64,000 bases of DNA. It comes from an uncultured Gemmatimonadaceae bacterium (lineage in GTDB: Bacteria; Gemmatimonadota; Gemmatimonadetes; Gemmatimonadales; Gemmatimonadaceae). A program made the position numbers and the translations under genes. Positions 19,775 to 29,588 of the stretch are shown piece by piece; positions within the stretch are counted from its first letter, which is position 1; each line of letters opens with the position of its first letter. The notes beneath the pieces were generated by a model that saw only the letters and a program-made list of their open reading frames with translations, did not search any database and had not been told where the DNA came from. The stretch covers positions 1,182,192-1,246,191 of the forward strand of contig CAWHHI010000016.1 in NCBI GenBank assembly GCA_963829055.1, given 5' to 3'.

Positions 19775-21553
19775 ATGACCGGCAACGAGTTCAACGCGGA
19801 ATACAAACTGGGACAGCGCATCGCGTCGAGTAGCGTCGAGAGTTATCTCGCGCACGTGACGGCCACGCGCCGACTCGTGATGGTGCACCGGATGGCCGGC
19901 GCGAACGATGGCGAGCGCCGACGCATCCGCGCGCTGCTCGATGCACTTCCGACGAGGAGCACGACCGTGCTCGCGCGGCTCGACGTCGATGGCGAGCCGG
20001 TAATCGTGACCGAGTTTCTCCCCGATTTCGTGAACCTGCGCGATTGGCTCGAGGCCGCGGTGGCGGTGCAGACGACGGTCGTCATCCGTACCGGACTGCC
20101 GACGCCTCCCCCGGCTGCGCCGCCTGCGGAGCCGGAGCCTCCGCAGGCGTCAGGTGGTAGTGATTTCACGCGGATCTTTGGCCAGCCTCTGTCTTCGGGT
20201 GCGCCCACTCCGCCAATCGCATCGCCCGCGTTCGTGGCGCGAGACGAGCCCGCCCCGCAGGGACCACCGGCAGCGCCGCCTGCACCTACCATCACGCCCG
20301 CCGCTCCTGCCGGCCCACGGAAACCGCCGCACCAGCGCCGGGGTCGGCGACCGAGAGCTTCACGGCGATCTTCGGTGCGGCTCCAGTACCGACGCCCCCG
20401 TCGGTCAGCGCCGCCCGCGCCGATTGTGCAGCCACCGGTTGTGCAGCCACCAGTTGCACAGCCACCGGTTCTACAACCGCAGGTTGCACAACCGCAGGCC
20501 GTCGCTCCAGAGCCAACGCCCGTAGCGCCACCTCAAGTACCAAAGCCGCCGGTGACAGCGCCGCCCGTGGCGGCGCAGCAGCCTGGGAACTTCACCGCGC
20601 TGTTCGGCGCGCCGGTCGCGCCTCCCGCGCCACCACTGGCGCCGCATGCATCCACGCCGACGCCCTCGGCGTCAACACCATCCGCGCCGCCACGGCCCGC
20701 GCCTGGCGGGGAGTTTACGCAGATGTTCGGAGCGGCGGCCGCATCATCGACCCCGCCGCCATCGTCGCAATCACCCGGTAGCGTCGCGCCACCCGGACCG
20801 CCGCTGGCTGCGTCGCCACCACCGTACGCACCGCCACCACAGGCGCATGCGCCGTCCCCGCCAGCTCCGCCGAGTCGCGCGCCCAACGCGAGCGACGCAA
20901 GCGTCCCCACGGATCCGGGAAAGATCCGGGTGATGTGGCGGCCGCGTGAAGGTGCCACCGGCCCGACCAGCGGTGAGGCTCCGCCTCCGAGCGCCACGAG
21001 CGCGTTGGCGCCGACACCGCCACGCGCGCCCGATCCCGGCCCCCCTCCGATGTTCGCGCCGCCTCCCGCACGCCCGACGACGCCGCCGTTCGCAGCACCG
21101 CAGGCGCCGGTCTATGGCGCGCCGCCACTCGCGCCGTCATCGGCATCGCCGGACTTTCCGACCGCACCACCATTCGCGGCGCCGCGTGGGGCGTCTCCAT
21201 TCGACGCACCGTCGATGTCTCCATCGCCGCGCGGCGACGCACAATCGCTCGGTCCTCCGGAGCTACGACTGTTCGCGAACGAGGCTGGAGAACGCGTCGA
21301 GCCTCACGCACCGCCGCCGGTGCCGTCGAGCGGACCGGCGCCACGCGCATCGGGGCCGAGTGACTTCACGCGAATGCTGACACCGGTCGAGGCGCTGCCG
21401 TCAGCCCCAGCGCCAGCGGCAGTGAAGCCAGCGCCGAAGGCAGAACCGGCCGCCGGCGGGCGACGACCGTCGATGCTGCCGCTCATCATCGTCATCATGT
21501 TCGCGTTCGTCTCGGCGGCCGCGCTGATCGTGTTCTTCGCGCTGCGAAAATAG
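19775..21553 (+). CDS. Pro-rich membrane-anchored protein with a kinase N-lobe-like head and FTxxFG repeats
   Basis: About 95-aa globular N-terminus, long Pro-rich region, C-terminal TM. A compensating frameshift pair near 20315-20415 hides ESFTAIFG. Confidence 0.75.
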   Translation: MTGNEFNAEYKLGQRIASSSVESYLAHVTATRRLVMVHRMAGANDGERRRIRALLDALPTRSTTVLARLDVDGEPVIVTEFLPDFVNLRDWLEAAVAVQTTVVIRTGLPTPPPAAPPAEPEPPQASGGSDFTRIFGQPLSSGAPTPPIASPAFVARDEPAPQGPPAAPPAPTITPAAPAGPRKPPHQRRGRRPRASRRSSVRLQYRRPRRSAPPAPIVQPPVVQPPVAQPPVLQPQVAQPQAVAPEPTPVAPPQVPKPPVTAPPVAAQQPGNFTALFGAPVAPPAPPLAPHASTPTPSASTPSAPPRPAPGGEFTQMFGAAAASSTPPPSSQSPGSVAPPGPPLAASPPPYAPPPQAHAPSPPAPPSRAPNASDASVPTDPGKIRVMWRPREGATGPTSGEAPPPSATSALAPTPPRAPDPGPPPMFAPPPARPTTPPFAAPQAPVYGAPPLAPSSASPDFPTAPPFAAPRGASPFDAPSMSPSPRGDAQSLGPPELRLFANEAGERVEPHAPPPVPSSGPAPRASGPSDFTRMLTPVEALPSAPAPAAVKPAPKAEPAAGGRRPSMLPLIIVIMFAFVSAAALIVFFALRK

Positions 21554-21568
21554 TCCGAGGCCAATCCG

Positions 21569-21584
21569 GCGTTAGGCCTAACGC
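21569..21584. repeat. Perfect 16-bp palindrome GCGTTAGGCCTAACGC between convergent genes
   Basis: Read directly; two overlapping inverted copies of the over-represented octamer. Confidence 0.9.
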
Positions 21585-21639
21585 GATGAGAGCTGCCTGA
21601 CGATCATCGACCCTCGTCAGGCCACAAGACGCTCACGGA

Positions 21640-21666
21640 AGATCCCTCGCTACCGCTCGGGATGAC
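21640..21666 (-). repeat. REP-like element GTCATCCCGAGCGGTAGCGAGGGATCT
   Basis: Imperfect hairpin next to the tssK stop; related half-copy GTCATTCCGAGCGGAGCG at 58919-58936. Confidence 0.5.
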
Positions 21667-21671
21667 GCGCA

Positions 21672-23027
21672 TTAGGCGCGCGCCGGGAGCAGGATCACCA
21701 GTTCCAGCTGCGCGTTCGTCAGCTCGGATGGGACGTACGCCGCGAGATTTCGCGCGCGCGTGATCGCATCCCATTCGGGGCCCATCTTCGCCAGCTGGAA
21801 GTACTGGTAGTTCAGCTTCACCGGAATCGCGCTCGGCGGCGACGGCGTGTGCGTGAGCTCCACGCCGGACATTGCGTGCCGAATGAGATGCGTGATCCGA
21901 TCGCCCGACGAGACCTTCACCAATTGCGGTACGGCGCGAATGAGGTCCGCCACTTTCACCGCGCTGCTGACGGCGAGATAGAGCTGTGGCGCGGTGAGAA
22001 AGCGATCCTCGTCGAGCGCGACCGCGTGCACCAGCGGCTGCTCGCTCCGCAGCGGCAGCGCTACGAAGTTCGACGGCACCACCGTGTCGAGAAGATCGCG
22101 GAGCATCGCGTCGAGACGCGTGAAGCAGTCCGACAGATTCGCGTGGTCGTACGACGGAATCGAGCGCGGGTGCACGACCGTCGAGAACGTCGTGAGCGCA
22201 CCGGCAAGTGCCGTCATCGCCGCGAACAGCTCGGCCGGATGTCCGCGGCGCGTCTCGTAGAGATGCCGCACCGCCGGGAGATGCGTGTTCACCGTGTACA
22301 GCAACCAGAAGTTCGCGACGTCGCTGATGCCGAAATCGGCGAGACTCTGGTTTCGCTGACGCCGCATGCCTGACAGCGTCGTGCTCTTCGCGGCGAGTAG
22401 CTCGACGAGCCGCCGGTTGATCGTCATCAAGTACTCGTTCGCGGCGATGTCGAGCAGCGGCGGAACGAATCGCGGGTCGAGCGTCGTTTCGCCGGTCGGT
22501 CCGCGGACGACTCGCGCGACGGGAAGCGCCGAGCTGCCGTCGAGCGACTCGCCTTCCACGAGAAAGCGCAGATTCTTTCTCGCCACCTGCACAGGCTTCT
22601 CGGCCAACCCGTTGTTCTCGTCGCGCCGCATGAGCAGCTCGGCACGATAGCGCGTGCTCTGATCGCGCTGCAGTGAGCCGACGTTGAACCCATCGGGGCG
22701 ATACTCCGGCACCGTGAGATACACGTCGAGCGTCGGACGATCGGGATCCCACGCCTCATCGAGCGGCTTGGGTGGCGGTACCGCGTCCGACATCGGCGCC
22801 TCGAACAGCAGGCCGTCCGGCATGATGCCGCTCGCCGACGTCACGGCGAACGCGCCGCCCGCCAATGCTTCGCGGTCGATCTCGAGCTGATGAAATCCCC
22901 AGGGCCGAAACGCCAGCGCGCCCAGCCGAAAGCTGAGCAGGTCCTCCAGATAACGATCCTGCATCTGGAGATGCTGCGGGCTGAGGAGAACGCCTTTTGT
23001 CCAGAGCACCGGTTGGAGTTGCCGCAT
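21672..23027 (-). CDS. tssK: T6SS baseplate TssK, paralog 1
   Basis: PVLWTKGVLLSPQHLQ, PWGF, GIMPDG, FVPPLL, FWLLYTVN, YDHANL. Confidence 0.93.
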   Translation of the reverse strand: MRQLQPVLWTKGVLLSPQHLQMQDRYLEDLLSFRLGALAFRPWGFHQLEIDREALAGGAFAVTSASGIMPDGLLFEAPMSDAVPPPKPLDEAWDPDRPTLDVYLTVPEYRPDGFNVGSLQRDQSTRYRAELLMRRDENNGLAEKPVQVARKNLRFLVEGESLDGSSALPVARVVRGPTGETTLDPRFVPPLLDIAANEYLMTINRRLVELLAAKSTTLSGMRRQRNQSLADFGISDVANFWLLYTVNTHLPAVRHLYETRRGHPAELFAAMTALAGALTTFSTVVHPRSIPSYDHANLSDCFTRLDAMLRDLLDTVVPSNFVALPLRSEQPLVHAVALDEDRFLTAPQLYLAVSSAVKVADLIRAVPQLVKVSSGDRITHLIRHAMSGVELTHTPSPPSAIPVKLNYQYFQLAKMGPEWDAITRARNLAAYVPSELTNAQLELVILLPARA

Positions 23028-23121
23028 GGCCGGTAACGTAGCACCTTCGCTCGACCATAGCGATCACTACGACGCGTGTTGCGTCGCGGGTCGCCATCAA
23101 CCACCGGCAAGGAACGAAGCG

Positions 23122-24540
23122 ATGCGTGACCAGCGCGCCGAAGTCTCGTTGAACATTGCACCCGATGAGCGCTACGAATCCGCGGAGCTCGAGCCGCGGG
23201 CGTTCCGCATTCTCATCGTCGGCGACTTCAGCGCCCGCGGCGACGACGCCGCGACGGCCAACGACACACCGCGCCGCGTGGACCGCGACGATCTCGACGC
23301 GCATCTCGCGCGCATTGCACCGCGACTTCGCGTGACGTGGACGGGCAGCCACTCGACCTCGCGTTCACGTCGATGGAGGATTTCCTCCCCGATCGACTCG
23401 TGCAGCGCGTGTCGATGCTCTCGCGCAATGCCGAGAGCGCGGACGTCGATGCTCCAGTCGTGCGGCGGGCGGCGGATGTCGCGCAACGGCCGGTCGACCT
23501 CGGCCGAGCCGTGTCGGGCGGATCGCTGCTCGACGACATGCTCGACGATGTCCCCGGAGCACCTCGGCGAGCCGATGAGCTGTCGGCGTTCGTGGAGCGC
23601 GCGGTTGCGCCACATCTCGTGCGGCCGCCTGATTCCGAGACGGCCGCTCGCGATGCCGCAAAAGACCAGGCGACGACGCGCCTGCTTCGCGCCGCGCTCC
23701 ATCACCCGCGCGTCCAGGCGCTCGAGGCCTCGTGGCAATCCCTCGACTTTCTCGTGAGACGCCTCGACACCGACGGCGACCTCGCGCTCTTTCTGCTCGA
23801 CGCGCCACGCGCCGGCGTCGCCGCGGCGCTCGAACGACTCGCGCAGCATCGCGACGTGGCAGGCGGTGAGGAGTGGGCGCTGGTGGTGTCGCTGCACAGC
23901 GTCGCCGATGGAGACGAAGGGGCCGAGTGGCTCGCGCGCGTCGCGATGGCGGCGCGCGCGCTCGAGGCGCCGATCATTGCCGGTGCGCCCGCGAGCTTCG
24001 CGGGGCGCACCTCGGCGACCGCGCTCGACGATGACAGCGCGCCGAGCGCGGAACCGGAAGTGTTCACACTCATCCGTCGTTCGCTCGAAGCACGGTTCCT
24101 CGGCCTAACGTTTCCGCGACGTGCTGCTGCGCGTGCCGTACGGCGGCGAGAATCCGTGCGAGACGATCGCGTTCGAGGAGATCGAGGATCCGGAGCGACA
24201 CGACGACTACCTGTGGGGGAGCGGCGCTGTTCTCGTCGCGCTGCTGGTCGGTGAGGCGTTCAACGCGCGCGGCTGGGCGATCGGCCCGCGGATGCCGCTC
24301 GACGTCGGGTCGCTCCCGCTGTTCACGTATCGCCGCGGACCCGAGACCGTGGCCACGCCGTGTGCGGAGACGCTCATGTCCGAGCGCGTCGCGCGGCATC
24401 TGTTGTCTCGCGGGCTCATGCCGCTCGCGTGGATCAAGAACACCGATCGGGTGCGGCTCGTCGAGCTGCGATCCGTCGCCGAGCCAACGGCGCCGCTCGC
24501 GGCCGCATGGGCGGGCACATCGTCGAGGAGCAACGCATGA
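23122..24540 (+). CDS. TssB-TssC fusion (sheath-like accessory protein), frameshifts near 23335 and 24120
   Basis: TssB-like ILIVGDFS..VDRDDLD..FTSMEDFLPD, followed by TssC-like HHPRVQALEASW, LLRVPYG, YLWGSGA, GLMPL. Confidence 0.8.
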
Positions 24541-26072
24541 GCGCAGGCGTGATCAAGCTCGCCTTCGTCCGAGGCGCCGGTGCCGACGCCGAGTCCGCTC
24601 CGCCTCGAGCCCGCGTCGGCGTTCGAGACCGATCCGTCGCTTCCTGCGTGACGCCGCGTTCGAGGAGCACGAGCTCTGTCGTCGACTGGAGGTCGAATCG
24701 CTGAACCGATTCCGCGCGCTCCGCCATGGCCGGCCGGCGACACCGCTCGGCGACGCGACTGACGCGCTCATCCGGCTTGTTCCTGGACAACGAGCCGATG
24801 TCATGGTCCGACGCGCGGCACATGGATTCCCGCGGCGCCGCTCGATGCCATGCACTCGTTAGGCCTGCTGCGTGACCATCGGTCCGATCCGAGCCAGCGT
24901 GGTCATCGAATGTCCTGCTCTACCCGACGGAGTCGCTGTTCATGGCGTCCGATGTCGCCGCGCTGCCCGAGGGTGGCGAGGCAGAGTGGTGGGATCTCGT
25001 CTACGCGGCGATCACGTCCAACACCCGAACGTTCATGTCGACGATCCCGCGGTCGCGCTGCGCGGCGTTTCTCGAGCTCTGCGCGGGGACAGGCGTGGCT
25101 GCGCTGGCGGCCGGCGCGACGTTCGCCGATCGGGCGTGGGCGATCGATGTCACCAGATCGGTCGACCGAGTTCGCGCGGTTCAACGCGCGGCTCAACGCG
25201 CTCGATACCGTGACCGCGATGTGCGGGGATCTGTATGCGCCGGTCGCCGGCATGACGTTCGACCGGATCGTCGCGCACCCACCGTACGTCCCGTCCCGCC
25301 AGACGACGCTCGTGTACCGGGATGGCGGCACGGATGGTGAGGACGTGACGCGCCGGATCATCGCCGGCTTGCCCGACCACCTCCGCCCGGGCGGCTCGTT
25401 CTACTGTACGTGCACGGCGACCGACCGCACCGACGCGCCGCTCGAACACCGGCTGCGCACGATGCTCGGGCGAGCGTGGCGACGAGTTCGACATCGCTGT
25501 GGTCGTCACCAACGACTTCAATCCGACGCAGTATTACGTCGGCCGGGCGGTCGCTGGTCGCGACACCTGGCAGGAAGCGGAAGCCTGGCACAAGCACTTC
25601 GCGGCGCTCGACGTGACGAAGATGGTGTACGCCACCGTCGCGATCGTGCGTCACGAGCACGCGCACGAGCCGTACACCGTGCGCCGGCGGGCGGGATCAC
25701 GGACGTGCGGGACGGAAGTCGCCGCTCTGCTCTCTGCCGCCGAGATCGTCCGCGACTGCCGGGCGCGCTCGAGCGGCTGCTCGACAGTCGGCCGGTGCTG
25801 CCGACGCACGTCGCCCTCGAGTCGACGCACGTCCGCGAGGGCAGCGGGTGGGCTGTGCGGACGGCCATGGTCTCGAGCACGGTACCGTTCGACGTTCGTC
25901 TTCCGTGTCCGCCGGAGATGATCACGTTCTCGCGCGGATGGACGGCACGCGAACGGTCCGCGAGCTGTATGCGGATCTCTCGGCCGCCGACTCGCTCGCC
26001 GAGGGTGCATCGATCGACCGACTCGCGTCGTACATCCACATGCTGGCGTCGCACGGTTTCGTGGAGTTGTAA
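24537..26072 (+). CDS. HemK/PrmC-like SAM-dependent methyltransferase with a C-terminal PqqD-like winged helix (several frameshifts)
   Basis: FLELCAGTGVAAL, FDRIVAHPPYVP, YRDGG.DGE, LRPGG; C-terminal LARMDGTRTVREL...LASHGFVE. Confidence 0.75.
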
Positions 26073-26106
26073 CGTCCGCCCGCACAAGCAAAGCGGGTTT
26101 CCTTTC

Positions 26107-26135
26107 TTGACACCGCGATCCGCCGCAGATACTCT
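26107..26135 (+). promoter_or_regulatory. Sigma70-type promoter upstream of tssB
   Basis: TTGACA-N17-TACTCT about 130 bp before the tssB ATG. Confidence 0.55.
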
Positions 26136-26267
26136 CGCACGCGTCGAATCGAACGCCCACGCCCGACCCCGTGCGCAGTCCCAGGCACCGGGCTTCCCAT
26201 CGCCATCCGCGCCGCAACGCGGTGGCCACGACAGCCCTCACGGCACTGCCGAGAGCGAGGAGCCAGC

Positions 26268-26786
26268 ATGGCACGAGAGAGTACACAGAAGAAACTGGAG
26301 CGTGTGCGTCCGCCACGCGTCCAGATCAGCTACGATGTCGAGACCGGCGGCGCGATCGAGATGAAGGAGCTCCCGTTCGTGATGGGTGTGCTCGGGGATT
26401 TCTCCGGTCAGCCAGTCGAGCCACTCGCCAAGCTGAAGGAGCGTCAATTCGTCGAGGTCACCCCCGACAACTTCGACGACGTGCTCGCGAGCATGAAGCC
26501 TCACCTGCAGTTCTCGGTGGAGAACAAGCTCAGCGAAGATGCGAATGCCGGAAAGCTCGGCGTCGATCTGAACTTCCGATCGCTGGACGATTTCTCGCCG
26601 GAAGCCGTCGCGCGTCAGGTGAAGCCGCTCAAGGAGCTGCTCGACCTGCGCACGAAGCTCGCCGATCTGCGCGGCACGCTGCAGGGCAACGACAAGCTCG
26701 AGGAGATCCTGCAGGCCACGTTAGGCGATGAGGCCAAGATGAAGCGCCTGAAGGACGAGATGGGCGGGCAAGGAGGCGCGTCATGA
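26268..26786 (+). CDS. tssB: T6SS sheath small subunit TssB
   Basis: RVRPPRVQISYDVE, ELPFVMGVLGDFSG, DNFDDVL, FRSLDDFSP. Confidence 0.97.
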   Translation: MARESTQKKLERVRPPRVQISYDVETGGAIEMKELPFVMGVLGDFSGQPVEPLAKLKERQFVEVTPDNFDDVLASMKPHLQFSVENKLSEDANAGKLGVDLNFRSLDDFSPEAVARQVKPLKELLDLRTKLADLRGTLQGNDKLEEILQATLGDEAKMKRLKDEMGGQGGAS

Positions 26787-28271
26787 CCAATCCGCAGACG
26801 TCCGCGGCGTCGACGCCGCTCGAGGCGACCACCGAAGTGTCGCTGCTCGACCAGATCATCGAAGACGGTCGCGTCGGTGGACGCGACGCCGCGGCGAAGG
26901 AACGCGGCAAGGACATGGTCAAGAACTTCGTGTCCGAGGTGCTGGCCGGTTCGATGACGATGTCGCGCGATACGGAAGCGATGATCAACGCGCGTATCGC
27001 ACAGATCGACCATCTGATCTCGCTGCAGTTGAACGAGGTGATGCACGCGCCCGAGTTCCAGAAGCTCGAGGCGTCGTGGCGCGGATTGCGCTATCTCCTC
27101 AACAACTCGGAGACGGGCACGACGCTCAAGATCAAGGTGCTCAACGTCTCGAAGAAGGATCTGCTGCGTGACCTGCAGCGCGCGCCCGAATTCGATCAGA
27201 GCGCGCTGTTCAAGAAGGTGTACGAGGAGGAGTACGGCGTCTTCGGCGGCGCTCCGTTCGGGGCGTTGCTCGGCGACTACGAGTTCGGCAAGTCCGGTCA
27301 GGACATCGAGCTGCTCGAGAAGATCTCGAACGTTGCCGCCGCCGCGCACGCGCCGTTTCTCACCGCGGCGTCGTCCGACATGCTCAACCTCGAGAGCTAC
27401 GCGCAGATCGACGCGCCGCGCGACATGGGCAAGGTGTTCGACACGACCGAGTACGCGAAGTGGAAGGCGTTCCGCGCGTCGGAGGATTCGCGCTACGTCG
27501 CGTTGACGCTGCCGCGCATCCTGATGCGCGAGCCGTACGGCAAGGACACCGTCCCCGTAGAGGCGTTCGACTACGAGGAGCACGTCGACGGTACGGACCA
27601 CAACAAGTACCTGTGGGGCAATGCCGCCTGGGCACTCGGCGCGCGCGTGACGAACGCGTTCGCGATCGTACGGCTGGTGCGCGACGATCCGCGGTGTGGA
27701 GTCCGGCGGACTGGTGGATGGACTGCCGGTCCACAACTTCCGCACGGAGTCGGGCGACATCGCCATGAAGTGCCCGACCGAGGCACCGATCACCGACCGT
27801 CGCGAGAAGGAGCTCGCGGATCTCGGCTTCGTACCGCTCGTGCACCAGAAGAACACGCCGAACGCGTGCTTCTTCAGCGTGCAGTCCGCGCAGAAGGCGA
27901 AGGTCTACAACACGGATGCGGCGACGGCCAACGCGAGGATTTCGGCTCAGCTTCCGTATATCTTCGCGACGTCGCGATTCGCGCATTATCTGAAGTCGAT
28001 CATGCGCGACAAGATCGGCGGGTACATGTCGCGTACCGAGGCGCAGTCGTTCCTGAACACGTGGATCTCCAAGTACGTGATCAGCAACGACGACGCGCCG
28101 TTCGCCATGAAGGCACAGCGTCCGCTCAAGGAAGCTCGCATCGACGTCATGGAGATCCCAGGCAAGCCGGGTGCGTATCGCGCCGTCGCCTTCATGCGTC
28201 CGCACTTCCAGCTCGACGAGTTGAGCATGTCCATGCGTCTCGTGGCGGAGCTGCCGCCCCCGGCGAAGTAA
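26783..28271 (+). CDS. tssC: T6SS sheath large subunit TssC (frameshift near 27665)
   Basis: FQKLEASWRGL, FKKVYEEEYG, YLWGNAA, KCPTE, LPYIFATSRFAHYLK, RPHFQLDEL. Confidence 0.96.
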
Positions 28272-28332
28272 GCTCGCACCGTAGTCTCGTTCCCGTCGGT
28301 CAACTGTTTGCCCTCACAACGGAGCACGTCCT

Positions 28333-28830
28333 ATGTCGTTGGAAGCTTTCCTCAAGATCGAAGGGATTCCCGGTGAGTCCCGTAAGGATGGACACGCAGA
28401 CGAGATCGACATTCTCAGCTTCAGCTTCGGTGCGTCGAACCCGACGACGGTTGCCAAGGGTACCGGCGCGGGCGCGAGCCAGGTGAACATCTCGTCGTTC
28501 AACATCATGAAGATGACGGACCTCTCGAGCACCGCGTTCTTCCTGCGCTGCGCGAAGGGCGAGCACATCCCGGAAGCGCTCGTCACGCTTCGGAAGTCGG
28601 GCGGCACGACCCCGCTCGAGTACCTCACGTACAAGTTCACGAAGGTGTACGTGGACAGCATTCAGTGGTCCGGCTCGGGCGGCGGCGATGACACGCCGAC
28701 GGAGTCGCTGTCGCTCGCCTTCGAGAAGGTCGAGATCGTGTACAGCTCGCAGAACGATGACGGCACCGCGAAGAAGACGGTCGGCTCGGGATGGGATATC
28801 CCGACGGGCACGCCGAGCGGTGTGAAGTAA
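28333..28830 (+). CDS. hcp: Hcp (TssD) tube protein
   Basis: FLKIEGIPGES..GHADEIDILSFSFG, CAKGEHI, PTESLSLAFEKV. Confidence 0.96.
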   Translation: MSLEAFLKIEGIPGESRKDGHADEIDILSFSFGASNPTTVAKGTGAGASQVNISSFNIMKMTDLSSTAFFLRCAKGEHIPEALVTLRKSGGTTPLEYLTYKFTKVYVDSIQWSGSGGGDDTPTESLSLAFEKVEIVYSSQNDDGTAKKTVGSGWDIPTGTPSGVK

Positions 28831-28862
28831 GTGCCGGTGAACGTGACACAACCGATGCGCCG

Positions 28863-29582
28863 ATGACCGCCCAGACGCTGTTCAAGGCTGGGCGGCTCGA
28901 CGACGCCATCGGGGCGCTGAGCACGGAGCTTCGGGACAACCCGACCGATGCTCAGCGCCGCACGTTCCTGTTCGAGCTCCTGTGCTTCGCGGGCAATTTC
29001 GATCGCGCCGCGAAGCAGCTGGATATTCTCGCGCAGGGCGGCAAGGAAGCGGCAATGGGCACGCTCCTCTACCAGAGCGCCCTGCACGCCGAGCGCACGC
29101 GTCAGTCGATGTTCGCTGAGGATCGTCTGCCGTTGTTCAGCGAGGCGCCGCAAGCGGTCAGCGGCACGCTGAACGGGAAGCCGTTCACGTCCATCGAGGA
29201 CGGCGATCCGCGCGTCGGGCCCCGCGTCGAGCTGTTCGCGGCGGGACAGTACACGCTGATTCCGTTCGCGCACATCGAGTCCATCCGGATGCAGCCGCCG
29301 AAGCGGCTTCGCGACCTGCTCTGGGCCCCTGTGATCGTCAGGACCGCACCTTCGTTCAAGGGTGTGGAGTTGGGAGAAGTGATGATGCCAGTCATGACGC
29401 CCGCCAGTTGGCAGGACGAGGACGACGCCATCCGCCTCGGCCGCTCGACGGCGTGGATTGCCCTCGAGGATGGGCGCGAGGCTCCCATCGGTCAGCGCGT
29501 GCTGCGTATCGACGACGAAGAAGTCCCGTTGCTCGAGCTGCGTGACCTCGTGATGACGTCGGCGACTGGTGGGACTTCGTGA
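28863..29582 (+). CDS. tagJ: TagJ/ImpE (SciE) accessory protein
   Basis: RTFLFELLCFAGNFDRAAKQL, DGDPRVGP..E, PKRLRDLLW, LGRSTAW. Confidence 0.9.
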   Translation: MTAQTLFKAGRLDDAIGALSTELRDNPTDAQRRTFLFELLCFAGNFDRAAKQLDILAQGGKEAAMGTLLYQSALHAERTRQSMFAEDRLPLFSEAPQAVSGTLNGKPFTSIEDGDPRVGPRVELFAAGQYTLIPFAHIESIRMQPPKRLRDLLWAPVIVRTAPSFKGVELGEVMMPVMTPASWQDEDDAIRLGRSTAWIALEDGREAPIGQRVLRIDDEEVPLLELRDLVMTSATGGTS

Positions 29583-29588
29583 GCCTGC

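Noticed and set aside
20424..20496. 15-bp tandem repeats as a CRISPR or VNTR
   Set aside because: They encode the VQPPV repeats of the Pro-rich protein and have no spacers. No CRISPR, tRNA or rRNA was seen in the window.
26079..26106. Intrinsic terminator after the methyltransferase
   Set aside because: Only a 5-bp stem with a 9-nt loop and an interrupted U tract; too weak to call.
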